Below, one piece after another: positions 36,901 to 42,922 of a DNA stretch of 64,000 bases. The stretch is from assembly GCF_000315625.1 (NCBI RefSeq), contig NW_005434528.1, positions 98,230 to 162,229 on the forward strand, in the 5' to 3' direction. The first letter of the stretch is position 1. Each line of letters starts with the position of its first letter. The position numbers and the translations under genes are program-made. The notes below the pieces were generated by a model. It was not told where the DNA came from. It made no database searches and saw only the letters and a list, made by a program, of their open reading frames with translations. Source of the stretch: Guillardia theta CCMP2712 (Eukaryota; Protista; Cryptophyta).

Positions 36901-37326
36901 AAAGCATCCTCCCACTCCCGGACCAGCCTCGAGCGAAGACTGGCTTGACACAGGGAGACCTGCAGCCCATGGCTTGGACACGCTCTCAGATATGGTGACG
37001 ACTTGACCTTGCTTCATCCACATGACGCTTGTCTCTGCGCTGCCAGATCTGTATGCGCCGAAGAGGTTTGATCCTCCTGAAAAGCGCGGGAGATAAACTT
37101 CGATGACGGTATCCGATGCAAGAATGTCACTCCCTTCGCTCCAAGCTCCCAGTGACCCCCAGTAGATCTTGAGGTCTGTCGCTTTGAGGTCTGACGCGCC
37201 TCCTTCCATCTGAAGCTGAGCCGTCTCTGCGACTGTGTACTTCATCCCAGACTGCGAGACGACAGCAGCATGCGCAGGACAGCTGATGGAGAGGACAAGC
37301 AGCAAGATCGCCTGAGAAATTGTCAT
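24943..37326 (-). CDS. Giant intronless type I membrane/surface protein (4127 aa)
   Basis: 12,384-bp open frame with signal peptide MTISQAILLLVLSISCPAHA, three classes of internal repeat, C-terminal TM IGAIIGGVIGGVVGAALLGLLAY and a short Pro/Tyr-rich tail. Confidence 0.9.
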   Translation of the reverse strand: MTISQAILLLVLSISCPAHAAVVSQSGMKYTVAETAQLQMEGGASDLKATDLKIYWGSLGAWSEGSDILASDTVIEVYLPRFSGGSNLFGAYRSGSAETSVMWMKQGQVVTISESVSKPWAAGLPVSSQSSLEAGPGVGGCFGITQDLSSNAFDLKQLQANSFSMCHWDSQKETLRLLMSSSQPITGVYISKVSLYQNYDVHGKQNGLGPLPPIGGIDEHWYQLANVAVYQASGSSRGCAVRAISDFPSTPCTSDLLVYQVPFDQYRSVRFGTDLPPIPTRKGAGAVGTVAPPAFVYAAASGNNDGPNQAVCITVTLISSATLYSAGVNPTTITLTGLTGASTTSQPVRLFQNKCQCQGSSPVQDLMPARFRTSTTANTVGSADFKADGTLTFQLIPGHYIQAGEVLTFSFSLVTGGNPQSSRDLKVSMSGQACLTNDFCTLPKSVAITVAPTSFDSSSRILEVVGKKLRVSMFQSSSDPGSLTNLFVTLRPNFNVEVGSVISIQGLCGSQSNSAYVSLVSNRLNGGTPLTDTCTGNPSEVDLADYWPGSRLDWSGGGPLKITVASSLSLVARGTYALSWTWRNLDLAHPACSMTVSMQKGGDVVSAEAVENIGNTVGTVLSPGFIKYKIGQSTTRPDVANYICVTLRSNFRVSTLSNTQGQNNLAQITISGLQGSQTTTALFVKACPSYDWSLMQLQPESDPPTAHFIDQITGGTLHHTTSWSSGSAVLTVNQDDVASQMYYSIPQQQDIVFALRLKNPKVSNPCQSVTMSFSGVGPGNRLVTQTVNMVQNRVDRALEDGETDGDVCVLKTYDYSFLTRVIAQSTSVVQEKNVITVTLRSNMDLLSSVYSPQITISGLTGADTAVTSLSAAAITDQYFPNIQKSSWDKARGVLVVTLAPGACQLPVKGRPSNCMHAGWTYAWSYTLTNGVTEQASPSVSVSCQFAENKLSSPQLMASPMRKDLHALYLTRQLLNKYDIGQLSPAPGAVNPVCITLRPSKSINAPTTFTLTGLDMFSSGTKVALYDEYGVSPLTSGLFQTVGASPQDNYATYDKSTIQFQLGPSQSLQQNSKYKFCFQLTNVKTGQATCPQVSLTVDSPSAPAVYRGAQSYLCNNDVTRKVAGYTSEPSGCAGYISDRKFISSNIRSGSNVTGSTVWLTMELQPNYPLTSGQTITVGSFVSMKNAGSSDIPCTIARNGQVVNAATNKHRANGIAPAAVFNSVCKYLDNTIQISYTGASTQYSSSVYDPFYNVNARRSKGLYKVEVTAGGSGYQYASVIICDVTPGAEFWTKPTCTAAGVVFAAGSSASAAATVISGAVTSISLTAPGSGYTMRPRVLIVDPSGSGSGAQAEAIVYDHSIYTVQLQLVNQGTAASAQALTVTSGLSFVSATLDSGYEVRAKSSMQLQEQPSRDVVFTVTPEHNLYEGDTLLVNLPAYDVVTGPIFGVTSSPNPAFTTFTTQLEWELNYYQEDRARAYISNGWVADGNRHRSGDGDVDGLFVLSRDDDGYNKNKDLCWSRVSCPWGLPDSDITFGGPSKTLVLTKVTNGASSSLGYTQDICYRNTSVNLLQPSDYVGMQLKCRNNQHTVTAGGQVTSVRVRHGGLVVISGRYSESSGVSGAAPTFVASGATDQATGTLLYQVVGVQYVSGSLLAAGDTIVFDATYQVLPANATISSLYSTSPAVHVTAPGLYSGYPYATVSGKNTQLRVLVSVASASLTSQGSGYTSIPTITTSLKPSVGLPSTVQQLELPVFDVSLTNVTSTVVTQSILDYNPARQCFVVAEEFPTSFLSDCQVVPKEQVGRYTGMTAMIGSSEYVIKQGAGGVYWVADLKGNKPRSIDLANKPYTIYTQLQLQVAKGKWIRQGESVSISIPGYRFKSVPSNPNAFVTPSTDDASKTIRERTRFQFATPVSFRNVRLAGSAASRMLVLGGAMSSGDTCTIQGSDIERPQASDGVTVNHAETMTSVGGSVPVFAPPSTWGTGYLRPGRFYGTCTSGRSLSGVFMLEGQRSGIERIEIVTPGTSCSANVQVTISSPDKDGVTDGLTNTPVCSSDSSLCSQAMAIATVSRGSITSISLTSAGRGYFFPPTVTLTNLNSNTPCDAFAIAHLSHNFTSRLRVTADSNLMMYHPQRDHFDSLTGLHSTVFPAVALYKRYDARKSNAEVGTGYVAAIVVTSLPSSSCTGPITIEPPPSGRTARAQTAANGGVTSIEVIDGGSGYEYPPAVTLPCTDGSARAILGFATSDVHMAGSRASSYTGMQSALLTSSSKAPAFHSTMDSPVVVGFNKACSTAVTQTMLRAGGSWNSSRVTAVTVPQQGVSGFAFGFTSVKISPSAINAKGLVDAHANAVAVPTWSFPVSGSRLVSGEDGVVHYNGPTTVTNLFSCDGSVLVFSSPQRPGGQVLKIKVSQAAGASLPSYEIVQQGQGYANIPIVVDMEFSVRGAVKSYRQDFADLSSSQQTLCKPSFFSLNTAYQGTNVYSGFVIASGTVAQQTGLTLDGALITHEGYGYQSSGSRPIATFSCSGCSSSACADKNANSIANQVCTASELQVEATVSGECSGSCEQSVASSAFFSPSNRDGLQVCSPADGAAGDYRTRKTLQMRVSSGPSAYSSSNVYTARRSQGFQGPRGSLIFKITGNETFASASLCQPPRVLVEPPPSGGVQAEVLLDYIDTSADPYTNGPSASSTAASKGFAADAAPYQYVLKVINAGSGYLTAPSIKLVSSSGSLPACPAPTLGAYPRSGMVASRVELVRNVSLPELNQGAANVQPTCSSGSFVVKSLCPGSKLCTSAYSQAELNPLPSCSGSSQCSACATFPCSARTCAADNCPSYLSTVLDASLSSVVADEALAAIGWDARTQQPVLLNAGFGFSPSTPNPLRLEFPSDAGQAYPCAEILLYFTDSPSSDALQPGPLYWPGDLSFDQSSVRNLAGQVTGVDYLFRPGFINAVYGSFSNFPVTTLVALRDQAARRLLQSSRSAVLEVQSVSGFKVGDYIRLVDEVLLVDAISVQQSTLTVTRGALNSSIASTFAAGTVVRTFNPGSVLLKSVARDATSIDVSNAGKFTSGRYIQVEKEVMYVTAVGASSLTVLRAQGGTIASSHVAYKAVGYVLLLQQYPIVLLEAVTASQTTFSVSDASLLYLGAFIQVLGETMTVTSISGNTLTVKRAQVGTSASSYPTGVLVKLTMRSASTTPFDSSEIPSIYRSNMILLEDLTSQDTVLRVMDPVKDTQSSGFQPGDYLLIYDYYLSNFEAMLVLSTETANVSQHLYQNLTVERAQFQSNKGQSTFYTGVSVNLLFNPRVLEHDISSTATNANFSNTYGLQAGDLLWAINYDSQAGMEYIDVMEYQSDGSVRRELIPKWLGNPQARSVSAGALVQTIAQPAYLNPPYCTGASGLELTMTRTSDFVVGDIVNGWGTIFKITGINAGIITVELVIPDVPDHQSPSCGSGYKDYLVKTEGLRRLNSTYEMTDLWATYTIYLSTQVSDFYSPGDFVYIIDVETKTYGVFQVQVVGNYYLDVTLFTSSWIQFQFKKDTSALYKYERFDVINGTALSPGDSVLFSWYNGNQEGGTAQVISSSENEVRLKFTSGGYSPNLGEGDSYLYDVYDTFQLLPVSKKSYARSKLALDIDSTVTRIILFDASGFRAGDSFVIDNEIMRIDNINGNLLQVSRAQAGTDPAPHKLAASVTWTSPTPTTSSQTSSVTLMTRRSDQLRYISQLGSIALPSSILQAPSSYQDVWAQLDEEIIMIRQPASGTVPADDRRLRGTSAAAHVTNTPYNIPNAFFSWQLNVRSSLLGSSGFTALPVYSMNAAGVIAVSGVHVLSGGAGVTSRPSFQLSLNRFIDNNAQGEAVGGATYSYRPLVQQTYLGVDLTDKFTQRLIRANLNYPVTYQPWRFPADPLYFQDRMDGYDPSSDSSLLSPTNGSNAINASSPIPHEPGSPVFVLDSFGQILGDQAVPQQSLSVSDGGAYSYSITSRPSVLDSTWSSPALLIVSTSSATTADMYLNDTIAGSYSNGQKTALLSASSRMFAWKTDPRKLAVLVGASSAASTPASASSSTTPAGGQNIGAIIGGVIGGVVGAALLGLLAYKLLAPKLAGKKVQEEMGPVYLPQPYSAAAPMPVNVATYGQQPMAYGMS

Positions 37327-37809
37327 TGTTTGCTTTCAATGCAATCGAAACAAGAGCACCTCTCGCACACGAATATTGGCCAGCATGGGTACAAGTGCAG
37401 CACACTCGTGAGAAGCGTGTGATTCCTTTCTGCGTTGAGATAGAATCAGTGATTCATTGCCTGAGGTAGAGGGACCCATGTTACATCCTTCTCCCTTTTT
37501 CTTCTTGTGTTCCAACCATCACAACATTTCAATGATTTTCTAATAGCATCCTCACTCATAGTTTCATTCTTATCTCTCGGATGATACCATCAGCCTAGCT
37601 CCTGAACTCGAACAAAGCTTAGAGTTCAGTCTTACATCCTAGATCGCCTGCACTCTTGACTCTACCTCATGACTCATGTACATTCTCCTTGTCTCCCCCA
37701 CACACACATGCATTCCCAACCCGGTACCCTGCTTATAAGTAGGTCCGGCTCCCCATCCGTCCGAAATGGTCACTGTAAAAAATGTAACCGAGACCCCTTC
37801 AACCCCAGT

Positions 37810-38294
37810 GATTTCTTAAGTGACACACCAATTGAAATCGCCCTAGGTGTGTCCCCTGCATATCCAGCGCAACGGTCCTCTGTCTACTTCTGATGTTACT
37901 TTCGCTGGCCCGGTGAAGAAAATCCTAGGTGACTATCTCATGCGATTTCTTAAGTGACAGACTAATTGAAATCGCCCTAGGTGTGTCCCCTGCATATCCA
38001 GCACAACGGTCCTCTGTCTACTTCTGATGTTACTTTCGCTGGCCCGGTGAAGAAAATCCTAGGTGACTATCTCATGCGATTTTATAAGTGAGAGACTAAT
38101 TGAAATCGCCCTAGGTGTGTCCCCTGCATATCCAGCGCAACGGTCCTCTGTCTACTTCTGATGTTCGCCGTGATGTAAAAAACAGAAAAAAAACAGAGGC
38201 AAGTAGACAGAGGACCGTTGCGCTGGATATGCAGGGGACACGCCTAGGGCGATTTCAATTAGTCTCTCACTTATAAAATCGTGTGAGATAGTCA
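37810..38294. repeat. 134-bp tandem repeat (units start 37810, 37944, 38078) plus a 94-bp inverted repeat (38064-38157 / 38201-38294)
   Basis: Read directly from the sequence. The inverted arms differ at 3 of 94 positions and enclose a 43-nt A-rich loop. Confidence 0.95.
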
Positions 38295-39412
38295 GCTCTG
38301 TTCAGCGATATCAAAAAACAGAGGGGGGTAATAAATGACCACAGTAGATGTGCGCGGGACCCAAACAAAGTAATTGTTGGAGGCAACGAATATGTGGCTG
38401 ATGGAATTGTAACGAATGCACCTTTGTAGAGATCTGTTCACCCGGTGGCGGCGCTACACAAGATGAACTTCAAGAAACGTCTTTCAGATGTGAAGTACCA
38501 TACATTTCAGATATTAAATAGCTTACGAGTTGAAGCATCAAAGAATTATGAACCTTTTCCCTGGTTCAACCAGATATAAGAGTGATATAGACACATGCAG
38601 CGAATGTGATCTTTAGCTTCATCTGAATATTAATTCAGCTTAGAGGGAAGATGCTGTTAATGACATTGACGCAACACGACTCTCGCCTCTTCTCTTCATG
38701 AGATCGTTCAACTGAATCACCATTGAATCCCCAGATCGGAGATCAGGTCAGGCTTTCAACAGCTGGATCATTCAAGAGTGCAGAATTGTGTCCGAGTGCG
38801 ATCTACATTTTCAGATTGATCTCAACAACTGGAGTACTGCGACTACGACATCAAGTCACTTCGACCTCAAATGGATCGAGACTCCTCCTACGACATCGTC
38901 GTCGCCCTAGAAGCATAGCACACTCATCACCAGGGACTCGAGCAGGGAGCTGAGAAAATCCTTGCCAAGCGCACCCATTTACGTGGTCCCCTACATGTGC
39001 GGGCACGGTGTGCGGTATGAGCCTTTGGTAATATACAGGGGCTCAAGTGTTTAGAGGACAATCTTTTTGTTGCAAACCCACCTGTATTTGTACACGTAAT
39101 CTACAAATGAACGAAAGCTAAGGTGTGAGTATTCTAGAGATTGGTATAAAGGAACACTAGGAACTCAAATCACTATACCATGAAATCTTGTCTCAAATCA
39201 CTATACCATCAATCACTGTACCATGAAATCTTGTCTCAATCCTTCTAGATCCCATGAAGTCTTGCAAGGTACGCAATTTGTAGTTTGGGGAAACTATTCG
39301 AGTTTGATGTCAGGATGCAAGTTTCTTTATTTGCCTTCATAGAAACCTAAAGAATACATTAAAATGTCTCTTCACCATTGTTGTCCTTCAAAATTCAAGA
39401 CACGTCAGGGCC

Positions 39413-42400
39413 TCAGCTCCATCTGTGGTAGCCTAAACCTTGATTTTGAAAGGTCGGTTCTACTACAAACTGACTTCTTACAGTGAAGCCATCTGCACTT
39501 ACTGGGGATCCCTGTACCAGAAGCGGAGCTGCTTGTTGTGCAGGCGGCTCAAGGGTGACATACCTATTCTCCTCATTCCTTCTGTTCCTCTCCTTGTAGA
39601 CCATCCAGCCGATAGCCACCAGCACCAGCCCTGCTCCCACTGACCCGATGGCGATCCCTGCGATCGCGCCCGAGGACAGAGCAGGCGGCGGTATCAATGA
39701 TATGCTGAAAGATGTAGCGTTGGGGATGCTCCTCTGCGAGAAAGCCACGTTCAATCTCGTCAACGTCTGAGATGCGTTGGCTTGTACTGACTCGACAAAG
39801 CCCGAGGGGTTGTCCACCTTCAAGTCTGCCGAGAAAGAGAGAGATTGGTTGGACCGTCGTTGCACGTATCCGATGACCGTCGGGCTGTTGACATCGGCGA
39901 CGTTGAGTCTGAGTCCCTCCGCCAGCGCTTGCTTGATCTGGTCGAAGTTGGAGCTGAAGAAGGTGTCTGACATGGGCGAGACGACCTGCAATCGAACCGC
40001 AAAGCCGGAGGCCGAGCTTGAGGCTGTGTAAGTAGGTGGAGCAGCTGGGGCTGAAGGCGGACTTGGAGCTCCACCTCCACCTCCACCACCGCCGCCGCCT
40101 CCACCTCCTCCTCCACTGCCTCCACCACCACCGCTGCCACCTCCTGATGGAGAAGGCGGTGGTGGAGGAACATTCGGAGAGGGAGGAGAAGGAGATGAAG
40201 GAGAAGAAGGAGGAGTAGGTGAAGGAGCTGGAATAGGAGAAAGTGGAGTAGGAGAGGGCGAGGGCGAGGGCGAGAGAGGGGATGGAGTGGATAAGCCAAT
40301 CGTCGAGCTTGTGGTCAAACCAGTCGACGAAGAAGCCGGAGAAGATGAATCGCTATTCGAGGGAGGATTTGCACCAAGAGGAGTAAACCCCGAAAAATGA
40401 TCGATCAAAGCCTCCAAGACCGGAGGAGTCGCGTTCGGTCTTGGGGTAGAAATCTGTCGCTCCCACGGATTCAATGACGATGAGTTGTAGTAGAACACGT
40501 AGGGTCGAAGATTCGCTGGTATCTTGTCAGGATTGTACGGGATGCTGATGGTTATCGGCTTCTTGAACCGAAGACCAGCTGGAGTAAAGATGATCACGGG
40601 CCCAGCTGGTACGAGCGTCTCCGTAGTCCCTTGAGATAGGTTAAGACTTGACGCGTCGTAGACCGCCACGCTGATGGTCTGAGACCCCAGCAGAGCCCCA
40701 GCTGGAAAGCTGACCGAGAGCCCGCCCGATCCTGAGATAGTTGCTGCCTCACCTGGCGCAATGGACTTTGTTTGCACCTGAGAAGGAGTTCCCAGACTCT
40801 GAGAGCAGCCTGGCCCGAACTGCCCCGCATTGCAGACACAATATTTATCTGTGACCACACCGTAGCATTTGTATTGACAGTCGCTGCCGTACAGTGCGAT
40901 CCCTTGGCCGTCCTTCCCGCAAGAGCTGGGTGCGAGGGCGACTGTGGCGAGGCCGCTTGTGAGGTTTGCATTGTAGACCAGATAGGAAGGAGCAAAGCTC
41001 ACACAGTCCGAGCACACAGCGCCAAGCGTGATCGGATCTCTGCCGTATGATGGGTTGACGACCTGCACAGTGAAGGAAGTGGAGTTGACCTCAGTCTTGA
41101 CAAACACGGTAAGCTTGCCCGCTGTATCCGACCAGAGAGCATAAGACAATATGTCATTGCCTGAGACTGAGACATTGTCGGGGTTGCCGTCGATAGTGAC
41201 ATTGAGACCAATGATGGAGAAATTGCTTCCAACCTTGAGAGGAAAGTTGGAAGTCAAGAAGATGGTCAGCTGGTTCAGCATCGTTGCATACTGTGTTCCG
41301 CTCAGCACGGAGAGTCCGGTCCACTGGGGAGTAGCAAGCCATGTACACAGAGACAGATGCTCGCTGACTTGCGCAGGAGTCGTCGACGGAGAAGACATGT
41401 CCGGAGTAGTTTCCGGAGCAGAGATAGCTTCAGTAGCCGAGGGAGAAGAGACGACTGGACTGCTTGAGGAGGAGGAGATTATTGGAGGGCTAGAGGAGGA
41501 AGACATCACCGGAGTAGAGGACGAGGAGGAGATGATCGGAGTACTTGAGGAAAACGCTATCTCCGAGGTACTGGAAGAGAAGGATATCACCGTGGTCTGG
41601 AAAGGTGCAGGCGTTGTTTCCGCAGGTGTGCTGGTCAGAGGCGACGAGAAGATCTCCTTCGTGGTCTCCACCGGATTGCTGCAGGTCCAGTATGGCTCAA
41701 CTCGACACAGCGAGCTGCAACCATCGCCAGAGATTGTGTTTCCATCATCACAAGTCTCACCAGGGTCGAGAACTCCGTTTCCACACAACTGAAGAGTCGG
41801 CACGGGAGTACTCAAGGATGGTGTACTGAAGGCTGACGAAGAGATGACGGGAGAGCTGGAAAAAGTCGATGAGACGACCGGAGTAGTCGACGTAGCAGAC
41901 GAAGTAGACGATGAGATGACCGGAGTTGTGCTCGGAGCAGAGGAGATGATCGGGGTGGTGGTGGAGGAGGACAAGACCGGAGTAGGGGAGGAGGAGGAGA
42001 GGACCGGAGTAGAGGAGGAGGAAGAGGAGATGACTGGAGTAGAACCAGTGAAGGAAGAATTGACCGGAGTGCCTGAAGGAAAGGGAGAGATGACCGGAGT
42101 ACCTGAAGGAAAGGGAGAGATGACCGGAGTAGAGGAGGAGGAAGAGGAGATGACTGGAGTGGAGGAGGAGGAGGAAAGGACAGGGGTAGAGGAGGAGATG
42201 ATCGGAGTGGAGGAGGAGGAGGAAAGGACAAGGGTAGAGGAGGAGGAGATGATCGGAGTAGATGAGGAGGAGGAAAGGACAGGGGTAGAGGAGGAGATGA
42301 TCGGAGTAGATGAGGAGGAGGAGAAGACTGGAGTAGAGGAGGAGATGATCGGAGTAGAGGAGGAGGAGGAAAGGACAGGGGTAGAGGAGGAGATGATCGG

Positions 42401-42922
42401 AGTAGATGAGGAGGAGGAAAGGACAGGGGTAGAGGAGGAGGAGATGATCGGAGTAGATGAGGAGGAGGAGAAGACTGGAGTAGAGGAGGAGGAGATGATC
42501 GGAGTAGATGAGGAGGAGGAAAGGACAGGGGTAGAGGAGGAGGAGATGATCGGAGTAGATGAGGAGGAGGAGAAGACTGGAGTAGAGGAGGAGATGATCG
42601 GAGTAGATGAGGAGGAGGAAAGGACAGGGGTAGAGGAGGAGGAGATGATCGGAGTAGATGAGGAGGAGGAGGAGATGATCGGAGTAGATGATGAGGAGGA
42701 GGAGGAGAAGGCTGGAGTAGAGGAGGAAGACAATGCTGGAGTAGGGGAGGAGGAGGAGGAGATGATCGGAGTACTTGAAACGAACGTAGATTCCCAGGGA
42801 GCACTCTCAGAGCAGGTGAGAGGTACAAGTGAACACATCACAAGAAGATGCCATACAAGTGTCTTCCTCCCCCACATCGCCGCAACCCTCGTCTGCATGC
42901 TCGTAGCCCCCACCATCCCCAT
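39413..42922 (-). CDS. Mucin-like type I membrane protein, copy 2 (1169 aa from the homologous ATG)
   Basis: Near-identical to copy 1 outside the repeat array. Start set at 42922 by homology (GGATCAGCGCATGGGGATG in both copies). Confidence 0.9.
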   Translation of the reverse strand: MGMVGATSMQTRVAAMWGRKTLVWHLLVMCSLVPLTCSESAPWESTFVSSTPIISSSSSPTPALSSSSTPAFSSSSSSSTPIISSSSSSTPIISSSSTPVLSSSSSTPIISSSTPVFSSSSSTPIISSSSTPVLSSSSSTPIISSSSTPVFSSSSSTPIISSSSTPVLSSSSSTPIISSSTPVLSSSSSTPIISSSTPVFSSSSSTPIISSSTPVLSSSSSTPIISSSSTLVLSSSSSTPIISSSTPVLSSSSSTPVISSSSSSTPVISPFPSGTPVISPFPSGTPVNSSFTGSTPVISSSSSSTPVLSSSSPTPVLSSSTTTPIISSAPSTTPVISSSTSSATSTTPVVSSTFSSSPVISSSAFSTPSLSTPVPTLQLCGNGVLDPGETCDDGNTISGDGCSSLCRVEPYWTCSNPVETTKEIFSSPLTSTPAETTPAPFQTTVISFSSSTSEIAFSSSTPIISSSSSTPVMSSSSSPPIISSSSSSPVVSSPSATEAISAPETTPDMSSPSTTPAQVSEHLSLCTWLATPQWTGLSVLSGTQYATMLNQLTIFLTSNFPLKVGSNFSIIGLNVTIDGNPDNVSVSGNDILSYALWSDTAGKLTVFVKTEVNSTSFTVQVVNPSYGRDPITLGAVCSDCVSFAPSYLVYNANLTSGLATVALAPSSCGKDGQGIALYGSDCQYKCYGVVTDKYCVCNAGQFGPGCSQSLGTPSQVQTKSIAPGEAATISGSGGLSVSFPAGALLGSQTISVAVYDASSLNLSQGTTETLVPAGPVIIFTPAGLRFKKPITISIPYNPDKIPANLRPYVFYYNSSSLNPWERQISTPRPNATPPVLEALIDHFSGFTPLGANPPSNSDSSSPASSSTGLTTSSTIGLSTPSPLSPSPSPSPTPLSPIPAPSPTPPSSPSSPSPPSPNVPPPPPSPSGGGSGGGGGSGGGGGGGGGGGGGGGAPSPPSAPAAPPTYTASSSASGFAVRLQVVSPMSDTFFSSNFDQIKQALAEGLRLNVADVNSPTVIGYVQRRSNQSLSFSADLKVDNPSGFVESVQANASQTLTRLNVAFSQRSIPNATSFSISLIPPPALSSGAIAGIAIGSVGAGLVLVAIGWMVYKERNRRNEENRYVTLEPPAQQAAPLLVQGSPVSADGFTVRSQFVVEPTFQNQGLGYHRWS
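41830..42775 (-). repeat. Coding minisatellite of mucin copy 2
   Basis: Alternating STPIISSS / STPV(L/F)SSSS units, different from the copy 1 unit. Confidence 0.9.

Noticed and set aside
37900-37916. TTTCGCTGGCCCGGTGA resembles a CENP-B box
   Set aside because: Only 6 of the 9 core positions match; chance similarity is likely.
37810-38165. CRISPR-like array
   Set aside because: Units are contiguous 134-bp copies without unique spacers, there are no cas genes, and the context is eukaryotic.
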